Shown one piece after another: positions 47,526 through 56,688 of a stretch of 64,000 nucleotides of DNA; the first letter of the stretch is position 1, and each line of letters begins with the position of its first letter. The translations under genes and the position numbers were made by a program. The stretch is from Candidatus Micrarchaeota archaeon (GTDB taxonomy: Archaea > Micrarchaeota > Micrarchaeia > Anstonellales > Bilamarchaeaceae), in assembly GCA_038046765.1 (NCBI GenBank), contig JBBSVN010000012.1, positions 1 to 64,000 on the forward strand, in the 5' to 3' direction. The notes below the pieces were generated by a model. That model ran no database searches and was not told the DNA's origin. It was given only the letters and a program-made list of their open reading frames with translations.

Positions 47526-48392
47526 TTAATACAAATATCCCTTATACTGTCCTACAAAAACTTCAAACAGATACCTGATAAATGGTCTATACTTTTTATC
47601 GTAATCAAACTTCTGCAGCATCAAATAGTAAATTGTTTTTTGATCGTTAAAAATATTTAACAACGGATAGTTTGCTTTAAACAAAACAAAATTCATAAGT
47701 AGTCTTGCCATTCTTCCGTTTCCATCTCTAAATGGGTGAATCCGGACAAATTTTAAATGAACTAGAGAAGCTAGTTCAAAAGGATGAAGCTGACTCTTAG
47801 CTTGATTATGCCAGGAAATAAATTGCTGCATTAAAACAGGTACATCTGCAAAATTTGGACAAACGTAGTTTCCAACACGAACGTTTACATTTCTGTATTT
47901 TCCAGCATCATTCATTATTTCTTTTTGTTCGATGTAATGCAATTTTAAAATCATTTCCTCTGTCATTTCTCCTTGATAATCAAAAAGAAAATCAATACAT
48001 TCGCGCATATTTTCTACTTCTTTGATATCTCGTTCTTTCCCTTTAGTATTAATCTTCTTGCCAAGTAAAATTGTTTCTGTTTCCTCGATTGTAAGTGTAT
48101 TGCCTTCAATTGCATTTGTGTTGTAGATAAAACTCACAATACGTTCTCGCTCTTCCTTCCAAAGATTTTTGCTTATCGAATGTTTTTTTGAGTAATTGCT
48201 AGCTACTATTTTCAATATTTCTGTTTCTTTTTTTGTAAGTTTCGATTGAGCGATCTTTTTGGTTGGCAGTTGATTTGGTGGATGTGTTCCAATATATTTT
48301 CTTATTTTTTTAAATTTCCCGTCAACTCTTTTAGTTTCTGTTAAATAGTAATATGGCTTTCCTTTGATAATTTTCTTTTCCAAATATGTCAT
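47526..48392 (-). CDS. Fic-family protein with basic N-terminal domain
   Basis: canonical HPFRDGNGR..R; TNAIEGN inhibitory-type motif; N-terminal YYYL..T.RVDGK. Confidence 0.9.
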   Translation of the reverse strand: MTYLEKKIIKGKPYYYLTETKRVDGKFKKIRKYIGTHPPNQLPTKKIAQSKLTKKETEILKIVASNYSKKHSISKNLWKEERERIVSFIYNTNAIEGNTLTIEETETILLGKKINTKGKERDIKEVENMRECIDFLFDYQGEMTEEMILKLHYIEQKEIMNDAGKYRNVNVRVGNYVCPNFADVPVLMQQFISWHNQAKSQLHPFELASLVHLKFVRIHPFRDGNGRMARLLMNFVLFKANYPLLNIFNDQKTIYYLMLQKFDYDKKYRPFIRYLFEVFVGQYKGYLY

Positions 48393-48401
48393 GAATAGTT
48401 A

Positions 48402-48437
48402 GGGGGCACAAGTATTTTAAATAGAATTGGGGGCACA
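48402..48437. promoter_or_regulatory. GGGGGCACA direct repeats flanking the Fic promoter
   Basis: two copies 27 bp apart bracketing TTTAAAAT on the minus strand, 10 bp upstream of the Fic start. Confidence 0.55.
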
Positions 48438-48506
48438 GAAGTGGATAACTGATCGTTCCCAGTTTTGGGTTTAATGTTTTGGAATTTAGAAAGAATAAGA
48501 AAAAAT

Positions 48507-48890
48507 TTAAGATTTCATAAATTTAGGGTGCTCAGTCAAAAATTTCTGAACGATCGGATCCCCTATATCTGAAACATACAATCTAACTGAGGAAACTAAT
48601 AATTGATCTGCTGGATATATTGAATCTCCATCGAAGATGAGTCTAAATCCAAGTTCGGGGGTCCATTCAATTCCGTTCGTGCGACCTTCTGTTTTTTTAG
48701 GATCAGGGGTTATCCGCGTTACGCTAATTTTATTTTCTTCTATTTGAACAGAATAACTTATGGATTTGGGTTCTCCATCTGTTTTAGGAAGCCTAGTTCT
48801 CTTTGAAGGTGTACCTAACAAATAAGGTTGCTCTGGTGATTTAAGTTTTTCAAGTTTTTTAGGTCTGTGGTTTCTACCCATAGAAGTCAT
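48507..48890 (-). CDS. hypothetical protein
   Basis: 127-aa ORF with basic Pro-rich N-terminus. Confidence 0.55.
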   Translation of the reverse strand: MTSMGRNHRPKKLEKLKSPEQPYLLGTPSKRTRLPKTDGEPKSISYSVQIEENKISVTRITPDPKKTEGRTNGIEWTPELGFRLIFDGDSIYPADQLLVSSVRLYVSDIGDPIVQKFLTEHPKFMKS

Positions 48891-49069
48891 CTATTACATA
48901 ACTTGGTTGAATCTGTTTTTAAACCCTTATTTTTCATAAAAAGAAACATAAAATATTCTTTGACACGAAATAAAAGCTTTCATTAGTAATGAATACTAGT
49001 TTGCAGCGGCAGTACACACTTTCGATAATGCTTAAAGTGCTATCTATCAATCTAATATCGCTGATATTT

Positions 49070-49846
49070 ATGTCAACAATCGGGATTATCGGAGCTGGAA
49101 GATTGGGAAGCGCATTTGCAGAAGCTTTTGCTAAAAGCTATAAAATAATTGTTAGTGATCCAAATAAAGAAAATCTTGAGCGATTTAAGAAAATCAAAAA
49201 CATACAAACAACTACTGATAATATCGAACTCGCTACTAAAAGTGATTTTGTACTAATTGCAGTCAAACCAAAAGATTTTGATTTAGTTGTTGCACCAATA
49301 GCAAAAGCACTAGAAAATAAACTACTTATTTCATTCGCTGCTGCAGTAAACATAAATCGAATCGAGTCCTTAGGAATAAAAAATGTTATTCGAGTTATGC
49401 CAAATATTTGCGTTTCTGTAGATGAAGGATTACTTGCTTATTCGCTTGGTAAACATGCGAGTACCTACGAAAAACAATTCTTAGACTCTTTTTCTAAAAT
49501 AGGAAAATGTCTAAAGATGGACGAAAAACTAATCGATCCAATAACTGTGTGTTCGGGTTCTGGCCCAGCTTTTATTGCATATTTTGCTGATGCAATCGCA
49601 GAAGAAGCGAAATCGAACGGATTAGATTACGAATTAGCGATGCAAGCAGTTGCCCAGACTTTAGTTGGAACCGGGAAACTTCTTCTATCTGGCAAGCGTG
49701 CGCAAGAAATAATTACACAAGTGGCTTCGCCAGGAGGAGTAACTGAAGAAGGATTAAAAATTCTTGATAAAAATCAGGTAAAAGAAAAAATTAAGGAATC
49801 AATTCGCTTTGCGATGAAAAAGACGATTGAGATGGGAAAGAAATAA
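49070..49846 (+). CDS. proC: pyrroline-5-carboxylate reductase
   Basis: IGIIGAG, AVKP, RVMPN, SGSGPA, VASPGG.T; ATG 49070. Confidence 0.94.
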   Translation: MSTIGIIGAGRLGSAFAEAFAKSYKIIVSDPNKENLERFKKIKNIQTTTDNIELATKSDFVLIAVKPKDFDLVVAPIAKALENKLLISFAAAVNINRIESLGIKNVIRVMPNICVSVDEGLLAYSLGKHASTYEKQFLDSFSKIGKCLKMDEKLIDPITVCSGSGPAFIAYFADAIAEEAKSNGLDYELAMQAVAQTLVGTGKLLLSGKRAQEIITQVASPGGVTEEGLKILDKNQVKEKIKESIRFAMKKTIEMGKK

Positions 49847-50401
49847 TTAACTAGGTAATCTTTTGGCAGCTAATCTAGGTACGCGTATATTCGCTTCTGA
49901 TCTACTGCGATAACCCCTTATTATTATTTCAAAATTCGATCTTTTACTGTAAAGTTCGTCTAATGGAATTTTACCTTTCATAAAATCAGCACATTTTTCA
50001 TAAACTCCGTACTCTTTTAGTTTTGGTGCGTATAATTTCAATACTTCTTGCTTAGATAAATAGGCTGAAACTGCTCTAACTAAAGCGTTTAAATCTACTA
50101 TGGTAAAAACACGTCCATCAGCTACTTCGGTATTTACATATCTTAAAAATTCGGTAATCTTGGCTAATTGGTTCTGTTCGCTTATATTTGATTTATCGCA
50201 CGCGATTATGTGGTCTGGATTTACAATTCTGATTCCATGCTGATTGGATAATACTATTGACCATTTTTTGTTTGCTACATCATAACTCGATGCATCTACT
50301 CTATAAATATATTTTGAAATTTCCACTGGTTCTGCATCATCTACTACTGCCTGAACTATATTGAAAACCAGAGTACCAATACTAAACGGAGGGAAATTCA
50401 T
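49847..50401 (-). CDS. hypothetical protein
   Basis: ORF; probable ATG 50401. Confidence 0.5.
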   Translation of the reverse strand: MNFPPFSIGTLVFNIVQAVVDDAEPVEISKYIYRVDASSYDVANKKWSIVLSNQHGIRIVNPDHIIACDKSNISEQNQLAKITEFLRYVNTEVADGRVFTIVDLNALVRAVSAYLSKQEVLKLYAPKLKEYGVYEKCADFMKGKIPLDELYSKRSNFEIIIRGYRSRSEANIRVPRLAAKRLPS

Positions 50402-50515
50402 TATAAATAAATGTTTAAAAGTGTTTTTAAATGCTAAGGAAAATCTATAAACGTGCGGATTCCAGACGAATCTTTTTAAAGTCAAAGTGAATAAACCTTC
50501 ACATAGGTAACTTTT

Positions 50516-51208
50516 ATGTTTAAAACTTGGTTAAAGTCATTTGGGTTTGTTCTGTTAGTTATGATTTCACTTCTTTTACTATATACTGCATACGATAAAC
50601 AAACAAAAACATTACAGTTTGAAAAAGTAATTACTGTACTTTCATTTAGTGATACGAAACTCTCTTTAAACGAATTAAATAAAATCACTGCGCTTGGTGC
50701 GATTGGAATCATTGCAATCGTATTCATGCTGGGTCCTTTATCCAAGTTTTTTCCAAAAATATTTGCGCATTATTTAATTTATAGAAAACCAGTCGGTCTA
50801 ATCGGGTTTGCATTTGCATTAATTCATAGCGTTTATTCTGCTTATGTTTTCTATAGTTTTAATCTAGATAAAATAATCTCGGGAGGAAGAATTATCCCAT
50901 TTACAGCAGGATTACTTTCTCTGTTTATATTTTTCCTTATGGCAGTAACTTCTACAGAGTCAGCAGTTAAAAAACTTGGATATAAAAACTGGAAAGTACT
51001 ACAAACATTCGGTTACATCGGTTTACTGTTCGCAGTTGTACATTTTTTTGTAATCGAAACAAAGCCAGTTATCGGGTTTGATGTCCGGCCTTATGGAGTT
51101 GCATTTTTTGTTATTGCGGTTGTCGCACTTTTACTAAGACTATTTTTGGTATTCGTGCAGGTAAAAGAAAGAAAAGCTTATCATGAACACTTTGGGCAGA
51201 AGAAATAA
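50516..51208 (+). CDS. ferric reductase-like transmembrane protein (MsrQ-like)
   Basis: RK.VGL..F...LIH, MAVTS....K.LG..W..LQ...Y.......H. Confidence 0.8.
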   Translation: MFKTWLKSFGFVLLVMISLLLLYTAYDKQTKTLQFEKVITVLSFSDTKLSLNELNKITALGAIGIIAIVFMLGPLSKFFPKIFAHYLIYRKPVGLIGFAFALIHSVYSAYVFYSFNLDKIISGGRIIPFTAGLLSLFIFFLMAVTSTESAVKKLGYKNWKVLQTFGYIGLLFAVVHFFVIETKPVIGFDVRPYGVAFFVIAVVALLLRLFLVFVQVKERKAYHEHFGQKK

Positions 51209-51213
51209 TCGAA

Positions 51214-51744
51214 TTATCCTTTTTCTTCTAATCTGTTTACGGCGTCATGTAAAAATGAATGAAGATTTTCCGATTTTTGGTGTGCGCTAGTATAAGCTAC
51301 GTAAATTGAAAAAGGCAAAAATACACAGATGCTTACAGCAATCATATAGTTCCAACTGGAATTTGTTTGAGAATCCGAAAGGCCACTATGGGACAAAGAC
51401 GCAAAAGCACTAAATAGAAAAGGAGAAGCTGCCGCACAGGCAACCATGAGTGGACCAGAAGTATCTTGTTTGTTACTATTGCTTAGTTTCATATCAAGTG
51501 CAATTGAATATAATTTACCTTGTTCACCATTACTTAATTCCATTAAGCGAAGTACCGTTCTTCGTTTGCTCGCTCTTAGATTTTGCCTAAGCGCTTGATC
51601 CTTTAAACCACATAAGCTCTTGTAGTAAATTTCTCCAAAATACATAAATTCTCTTCGAATCGAATCTCGTTTCGCTTCGCTAACTATCGATCGCGTAAGT
51701 AGTACATCTACCTGTCTTTTTGAAAATGCATTTTTAGTTCGCAT
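51214..51744 (-). CDS. hypothetical membrane protein
   Basis: 176-aa ORF with two C-terminal hydrophobic segments. Confidence 0.55.
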   Translation of the reverse strand: MRTKNAFSKRQVDVLLTRSIVSEAKRDSIRREFMYFGEIYYKSLCGLKDQALRQNLRASKRRTVLRLMELSNGEQGKLYSIALDMKLSNSNKQDTSGPLMVACAAASPFLFSAFASLSHSGLSDSQTNSSWNYMIAVSICVFLPFSIYVAYTSAHQKSENLHSFLHDAVNRLEEKG

Positions 51745-51751
51745 TAAGAAT

Positions 51752-52057
51752 TCACTTCTTAACTACTTTTTCCTCCTTTAGAACTACTTTGGCAATCATG
51801 AAAACTACGAATGCAATTATGACAAAGTTAATTAGTGCGCTTAAGAAAGCTCCCCACTTTAATGCAATTGGGCCAATATCTAATGTTGCTAGTTCCCAAC
51901 CTCCTTTTGGCATGAATCCCGTTATCGTTGGCATTATGATGTTGTTAACTAATGACTGAATTAGGTTTGTAGATGCAATTCCCATAATAACAGCAATAGA
52001 TAGTCCAATTACTTTGTACTCCATTAAAAATTCTTTAAATTCAGCAAATATTTTCAT
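51752..52057 (-). CDS. mscL: large-conductance mechanosensitive channel (short form)
   Basis: EFKEFL, AVIMG, SLVNNIIMP, GAFL..LINF; GGTGA RBS. Confidence 0.9.
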   Translation of the reverse strand: MKIFAEFKEFLMEYKVIGLSIAVIMGIASTNLIQSLVNNIIMPTITGFMPKGGWELATLDIGPIALKWGAFLSALINFVIIAFVVFMIAKVVLKEEKVVKK

Positions 52058-52278
52058 CGTTTTTCACCTAATTTATTTTTTAGTAACCTAAACTTTTGTA
52101 AATCGTTTTCGATTATTTCGAAAGAAAAACTTTTTTCACTACATTCTCGTAGATACGATTAACACTAATATTATTATCGACGCAAGCGAAAATCGCTTAC
52201 GAGCAAGTGTAAGTTTGAAGTTTGCGAGATTTGTTTTCTAGTAACAAATAAAATAACAAGTGTATATAAATTTATTAG

Positions 52279-52401
52279 ATGATGACCAAGGTGATCGCTG
52301 AGCCAAGCCCTAAGCTAGTGCTTGATTTCGTGTCAAACGAGATTGAGACAGGAGTAATCCGGCCACGGCCCCATGGCAGTGAAGATTGACGTGCGGTCTG
52401 A
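52279..52401 (+). ncRNA. long box C/D RNA; D guide predicted for 16S Cm1402; 77-nt structured insert
   Basis: C ATGATGA 52279-85, guide CCAAGGTGATCG, D' CTGA 52298-301, insert, C' GTGAAGA 52379-85, guide TTGACGTGCGGT, D CTGA 52398-401. Confidence 0.85.
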
Positions 52402-52419
52402 TAATATTTTTGTTTCGAG

Positions 52420-52506
52420 TTTTGGGTCTAGTGTCTCGACGAAAAAGGTAGCGAGTTCTGTGTCCTGTGCGGGTAGTGACGAAAATAATCACTTGCAGAC
52501 CCAAAA
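52420..52506. ncRNA. putative multibranch structured RNA element
   Basis: 10-bp closing stem TTTTGGGTCT/AGACCCAAAA; internal hairpins, two carrying GACGAAAA. Confidence 0.45.
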
Positions 52507-52554
52507 GTTAAGTGTCATAAGTTTTAGAGTCTAATAATTTTATTGTGCCTTAAA

Positions 52555-53385
52555 TTAATACTTGGCATTTAATCTTATCAGTCTTTTATACTGCCACACT
52601 CTTTCTTTAGCAATCTTAACATTGATATCTGCAGAATTTGTAGATCTATAAATGGCTTGCAATGCATAATTAGCCGCAGCAATTGAATGAGTTTTAACAT
52701 GCGCAGTTGCCATAGCTTGACCAGCTGCACGCGCAGCAGAACGAGCTGCGTTCTCTTCGCCTACCTCTCTAGCTGCAGCATGAGCATCAAGTGAAGCTTT
52801 GCGTACATCTGCCATTTTGAAGTTGCCAGTTTTTATCCATTTTTGCAGTGTTTCAATAGCATTTCTAGGTCGTTTGTCTTTTTGGTGGCTATCTTCAAAA
52901 TAATGTAAAATTCTCTTAACACAAGTAATTGCCCATATTGCTAAAGTTTTCTTTTCTGTTTTTTTGACAAGATCTAAAAGATAAGGGTCTATTTGTGCAA
53001 GTGAAAACTTTGGTTTGTCCTTAGTTTTATTTTGGTCTACCCTGAATTTTACAATTCTTTTAACAAGTTCATATGGGATCGGTTTATTAATCGGAAACTG
53101 AATAGAACCCTTTGCTTGTTTATAACTTGTTAGTTCTTTTTTAAAAGTAATTATTGCAGATGGAGTTGGATAAAATCCAACATGATTTTTGAATGCAGCA
53201 AAATGTACCAGATTCCCATTTAACTTAAATGTCGGAATCCCGTAGCTTATGGTTTCTTGCGATTCTGGTGCTAAATGTCGTATTACTTTACGCAATTTTT
53301 GTAAAATTAATTGAACATTTTTTGGTAATGTAAATATATAACTTTCTATATCCTTGAAAACTCTTTTTCGAAGGGCATTTTTCAT
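52555..53385 (-). CDS. DUF1801 (YdhG-like) and Imm5-like fusion protein
   Basis: ETISYGIPTF..HFAAFKNHVGFYP..KGSIQFP, then D.RPRNAIE...AHAAAR..AARAAGQA.ATAH; probable ATG 53385. Confidence 0.75.
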   Translation of the reverse strand: MKNALRKRVFKDIESYIFTLPKNVQLILQKLRKVIRHLAPESQETISYGIPTFKLNGNLVHFAAFKNHVGFYPTPSAIITFKKELTSYKQAKGSIQFPINKPIPYELVKRIVKFRVDQNKTKDKPKFSLAQIDPYLLDLVKKTEKKTLAIWAITCVKRILHYFEDSHQKDKRPRNAIETLQKWIKTGNFKMADVRKASLDAHAAAREVGEENAARSAARAAGQAMATAHVKTHSIAAANYALQAIYRSTNSADINVKIAKERVWQYKRLIRLNAKY

Positions 53386-53479
53386 ATGCTTAGAACAACC
53401 TAAAGCCTTAAAAAAGAAAGTAAAATTATTATTGGGGGTTTGATAAAGAATATAAATACTAACGCTCGAAAGAATTAAT

Positions 53480-53929
53480 ATGTCAAACAACAGCGTAACA
53501 TTGCATAGAGTCCTTAAGGCAACACCTGAAAAGGTTTATCGCGCCTTTACCGATCCTAATGCGCTTGCTTCTTGGATACCTCCCTACGGGTTTGTGTGTA
53601 TTATCCATAGTATGGAAGTAAAACCAGGCGGAGCTTACAAATCATCATTCATCAATTTTTCTACTGGAAAAAAACATTCTTTTGGCGGAAAATATCTTGA
53701 AATTAAACCAAATGAATTCTTAAAATACACTGATAAATTTGATGACCTTAACTTGCCTGGAGAAATGATTACTTCGGTTTGGCTTAAGAAAGTTTCAACT
53801 GGAACAGAACTTAAAATAATCCAAGAAGGTATTCCAGCAGTTATACCAACTGAAATGTGCTATTTAGGGTGGCAGGAGTCATTAGAAAAATTAAAAAAGT
53901 TAGTTGAACCAGAGATTTCAGATTCCTAA
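53480..53929 (+). CDS. SRPBCC/AHSA1-like START-fold protein
   Basis: LHRVLKATPEKVYRAF.DP, GG.Y, GW.ESL.KL. Confidence 0.88.
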   Translation: MSNNSVTLHRVLKATPEKVYRAFTDPNALASWIPPYGFVCIIHSMEVKPGGAYKSSFINFSTGKKHSFGGKYLEIKPNEFLKYTDKFDDLNLPGEMITSVWLKKVSTGTELKIIQEGIPAVIPTEMCYLGWQESLEKLKKLVEPEISDS

Positions 53930-54029
53930 TTTTGTTATAAATAATATCGATGGAATTATAGGGCAATAACGCCTTAAGACCAATCGTAATAATTATAAAT
54001 CTTATACAAATATATGAACGGGGGAGAAT

Positions 54030-54905
54030 ATGGCAAAACAAAAAATAGTTCCATGTTTATGGTTTGATAAGGAAGCAGTGGAAGCTGCCGAATTCTACAC
54101 TTTAGTCTTTAATGACGCAAAAATAATACACAAGTCAATAATACGTAATACTCCATCGGGCGATTGCGATATTGTTGGTTTTCAGATCATGGGTTATAAT
54201 TTTATGGCCATAAGCGCAGGTCCACTCTTCAAGACTAATCCTTCAATATCCTTTCATATTAAATGCAAGAGCGTTGATGAAGTAGATAAAATTTGGGCAA
54301 TGCTTTCTACTCAAGGAAAGATCATGATGGAACTTGGAGAATATCCATTTAGTAAGCGGTATGGCTGGGTAGAAGATAAATACGGGGTCTCATGGCAGGT
54401 TATTTACATGGAAGGTAATTTTAAGCAAAGAATAATGCCTGCGCTTATGTTTACCAAAGATTTATCTGGAAAAGCACAAGATGCGATTAGTTTCTACGAA
54501 TCCGTTTTCCCTGAATCAAAATCTCACGTCTTTATGCGCTACGCTAAAGGCGAGGAGCCAGATAAAGAGGGTACGGTGAAATATGCACAGTTGATTCTTG
54601 CAGGTCAGGAATTTGGTGTTATGGATTCTGCTCATGCACACAAATTCAAATTTAACGAAGCGGTTTCCCTTATGGTCAACTGTAACGATCAAAAAGAAAT
54701 CGATTATTTTTGGAACAAACTTTCTGCAGTTGCGGAATTCGAACAATGTGGTTGGGTAAGAGATAAATTTGGCGTCTATTGGCAGATAATGCCAGAAAAT
54801 ATGGCTGAACTGATGGGGAAAAATCCAGATAAAACGACTCCCGCAATGCTTAACATGAAGAAAATTATTATTGCAGACCTAATACAAGCTGGGGAAGAAA
54901 AATAA
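54030..54905 (+). CDS. tandem PhnB-like VOC protein
   Basis: IVPCLWF, GWVEDKYGVSWQ, FNEAVS, CGWVRDKFGVYWQ. Confidence 0.88.
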   Translation: MAKQKIVPCLWFDKEAVEAAEFYTLVFNDAKIIHKSIIRNTPSGDCDIVGFQIMGYNFMAISAGPLFKTNPSISFHIKCKSVDEVDKIWAMLSTQGKIMMELGEYPFSKRYGWVEDKYGVSWQVIYMEGNFKQRIMPALMFTKDLSGKAQDAISFYESVFPESKSHVFMRYAKGEEPDKEGTVKYAQLILAGQEFGVMDSAHAHKFKFNEAVSLMVNCNDQKEIDYFWNKLSAVAEFEQCGWVRDKFGVYWQIMPENMAELMGKNPDKTTPAMLNMKKIIIADLIQAGEEK

Positions 54906-54925
54906 AAATAAAACGGTGAATAAAC

Positions 54926-55381
54926 ATGCAACAAAATGAAGTTGAATCAACTGGTCACAATCGACAAATCTTCGTTAATCTGGCCGTAAAAGATCTTAAG
55001 AAAACAATCGAGTTTTTTACAAAATTAGGTTTCAAATTTAATCCTCAATTTACTAATGAAAATGCAACCTGTATGATTATTGGAAAAGATTCTTATGTAA
55101 TGCTACTAGTTGAAAAATTCTTCAAAGGATTTATTCCAAATAAACAAATTTGTGATGCAAAAAAGAATACTGAAGTTCTTGTTGCACTATCCGCTGCAAG
55201 CAAAGAAGAAGTTGATCAAATGATAAACATAGCTATTGCAGCTGGTGGAAAAGAATATCGCGAAACCCAAGACTACGGATGGATGTATGGACGCGCTTTT
55301 GAAGATCTTGATGGCCACATTTGGGAACTAGGGTATATGGACATGGATAACCTTCCAGAAGAAATGAAAAATAAAAAGTAA
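54926..55381 (+). CDS. VOC family (glyoxalase/bleomycin resistance) protein
   Basis: IFVNLAVKDL, FNPQFT, MYGRAFEDLDGHIWE. Confidence 0.9.
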   Translation: MQQNEVESTGHNRQIFVNLAVKDLKKTIEFFTKLGFKFNPQFTNENATCMIIGKDSYVMLLVEKFFKGFIPNKQICDAKKNTEVLVALSAASKEEVDQMINIAIAAGGKEYRETQDYGWMYGRAFEDLDGHIWELGYMDMDNLPEEMKNKK

Positions 55382-55413
55382 AAAACTTAAGAAAATAAAT
55401 AAGGACATTTGAG

Positions 55414-55827
55414 GTGAAAAATATGGTTATGAATCCAGTAGTACATTTTGAATTACCAGCAGAAGATAGAAAGCGATCAAGTAAATTTTATACCGAAGCT
55501 TTTGGTTGGCAGATGAATCATCTAGGAAAAGATATGGGAGAGTACATAATCGCCATGACAACTGAGTCTGATGAAAAAGGGCCAAAAAAATTAGGTGTAA
55601 TTAACGGCGGAATTTATCAAAAAACAAAAGAAATGCCACCTCAATATCCATCGGTTGTAATTTCAGTTGACAATATTCAAGAGTCAATGAAAAAAGTAAT
55701 CTTGGCTGGGGGTAAATTACAAGGGGAACCAATGGAAATTCCAGGTGTCGGACAATACGTTTCCTTTGTCGATACTGAAGGTAATAGGTTAAGTATGCTT
55801 CAGCCTGCACCAATGATGCAAAAATAA
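55414..55827 (+). CDS. VOC family protein
   Basis: VVHFEL..D..R...FY...FGW, INGG, DTEGN. Confidence 0.9.
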   Translation: MKNMVMNPVVHFELPAEDRKRSSKFYTEAFGWQMNHLGKDMGEYIIAMTTESDEKGPKKLGVINGGIYQKTKEMPPQYPSVVISVDNIQESMKKVILAGGKLQGEPMEIPGVGQYVSFVDTEGNRLSMLQPAPMMQK

Positions 55828-55831
55828 AAAA

Positions 55832-56617
55832 TTAAATATTAATTTTTTCTAGTACAATCTTAAGTCCGTTTGCTGATAAAAAACCAAGTGAAAATGCGTG
55901 GAACGGATTTAGAATGAACATTGAATAAATAATGCCTAGCACCCATGCAGCAACCCCAAATATAATCTGGTGTTTTGTCTTAGTTGGGCTGGTTCTAGGT
56001 TCAGTTACCATAAAAAATGCTCCAAAAAACGGAAAGTATGCTAAACCTGCAGTTCCGGCCATTAAGAAGATCGTGATCGTATAAGTAATAAGATATGTCA
56101 CGCTCGCTGTAATTCTTTTTATTTTTATCGCAACAAGTAATCCCAGAATTACTAATGCTCCAGTTCCAATTAAATTCTGCAAGCTACTATTGCCCCAGCC
56201 TAGTAAAAATTGCTCTCCAGTTGTTAATACACCTGTTGCTGATAATAAAATAATTGCGCTAAACATTCCTAAAGAAGCTGGATTAAATATGGGTTTTTTT
56301 TCAAAGCGAATAATATGTTTTAGTAACATCGATATTGCTGAAACTGCGCCTATTAATAAGTACTGGCCAGGCATGATTATATTTGCAATTATTAATGCAG
56401 CGATAGTCGCTGAATCCCCATATATAATTTTCTTTGTCTTTATGTACGTAATCCCTATGTCAAATGCTTGGGCGATTATTACTGCCAAAATTCCTGAAAG
56501 TATGACTCTATCGTATCCGAAACTCGAAGCGTTTAGTAACGCAGTAACAATCAATGCTATTATAATTAACTTATACGCATCTGGTAATTTTTTTTCAATA
56601 TCTCTAAGTAATTTCAT
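55832..56617 (-). CDS. RnfD/NqrB-like membrane protein
   Basis: polytopic; IFNPASLG and FFMVTEPRTSP motifs. Confidence 0.75.
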   Translation of the reverse strand: MKLLRDIEKKLPDAYKLIIIALIVTALLNASSFGYDRVILSGILAVIIAQAFDIGITYIKTKKIIYGDSATIAALIIANIIMPGQYLLIGAVSAISMLLKHIIRFEKKPIFNPASLGMFSAIILLSATGVLTTGEQFLLGWGNSSLQNLIGTGALVILGLLVAIKIKRITASVTYLITYTITIFLMAGTAGLAYFPFFGAFFMVTEPRTSPTKTKHQIIFGVAAWVLGIIYSMFILNPFHAFSLGFLSANGLKIVLEKINI

Positions 56618-56688
56618 TTTATCTACCTACAAATAGTTTGTTGATTTCTATTATTCTTATATAATCGTACTTTAGTTTAATTTAAAAA

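Noticed and set aside
52140..52205. Structured leader or riboswitch upstream of mscL
   Set aside because: A few short stems (CTCGTA/TACGAG, AAGCGA/TCGCTT) but no recognisable motif; too weak without computation
52350..52397. Degenerate 16S 3'-end (helix 45) copy on the minus strand
   Set aside because: Alignment needs several gaps; the plus-strand C/D boxes and local hairpins explain the sequence better
52310..52504. 64-aa minus-strand ORF
   Set aside because: Overlaps the C/D RNA and the structured element; TTG start and no protein-like features
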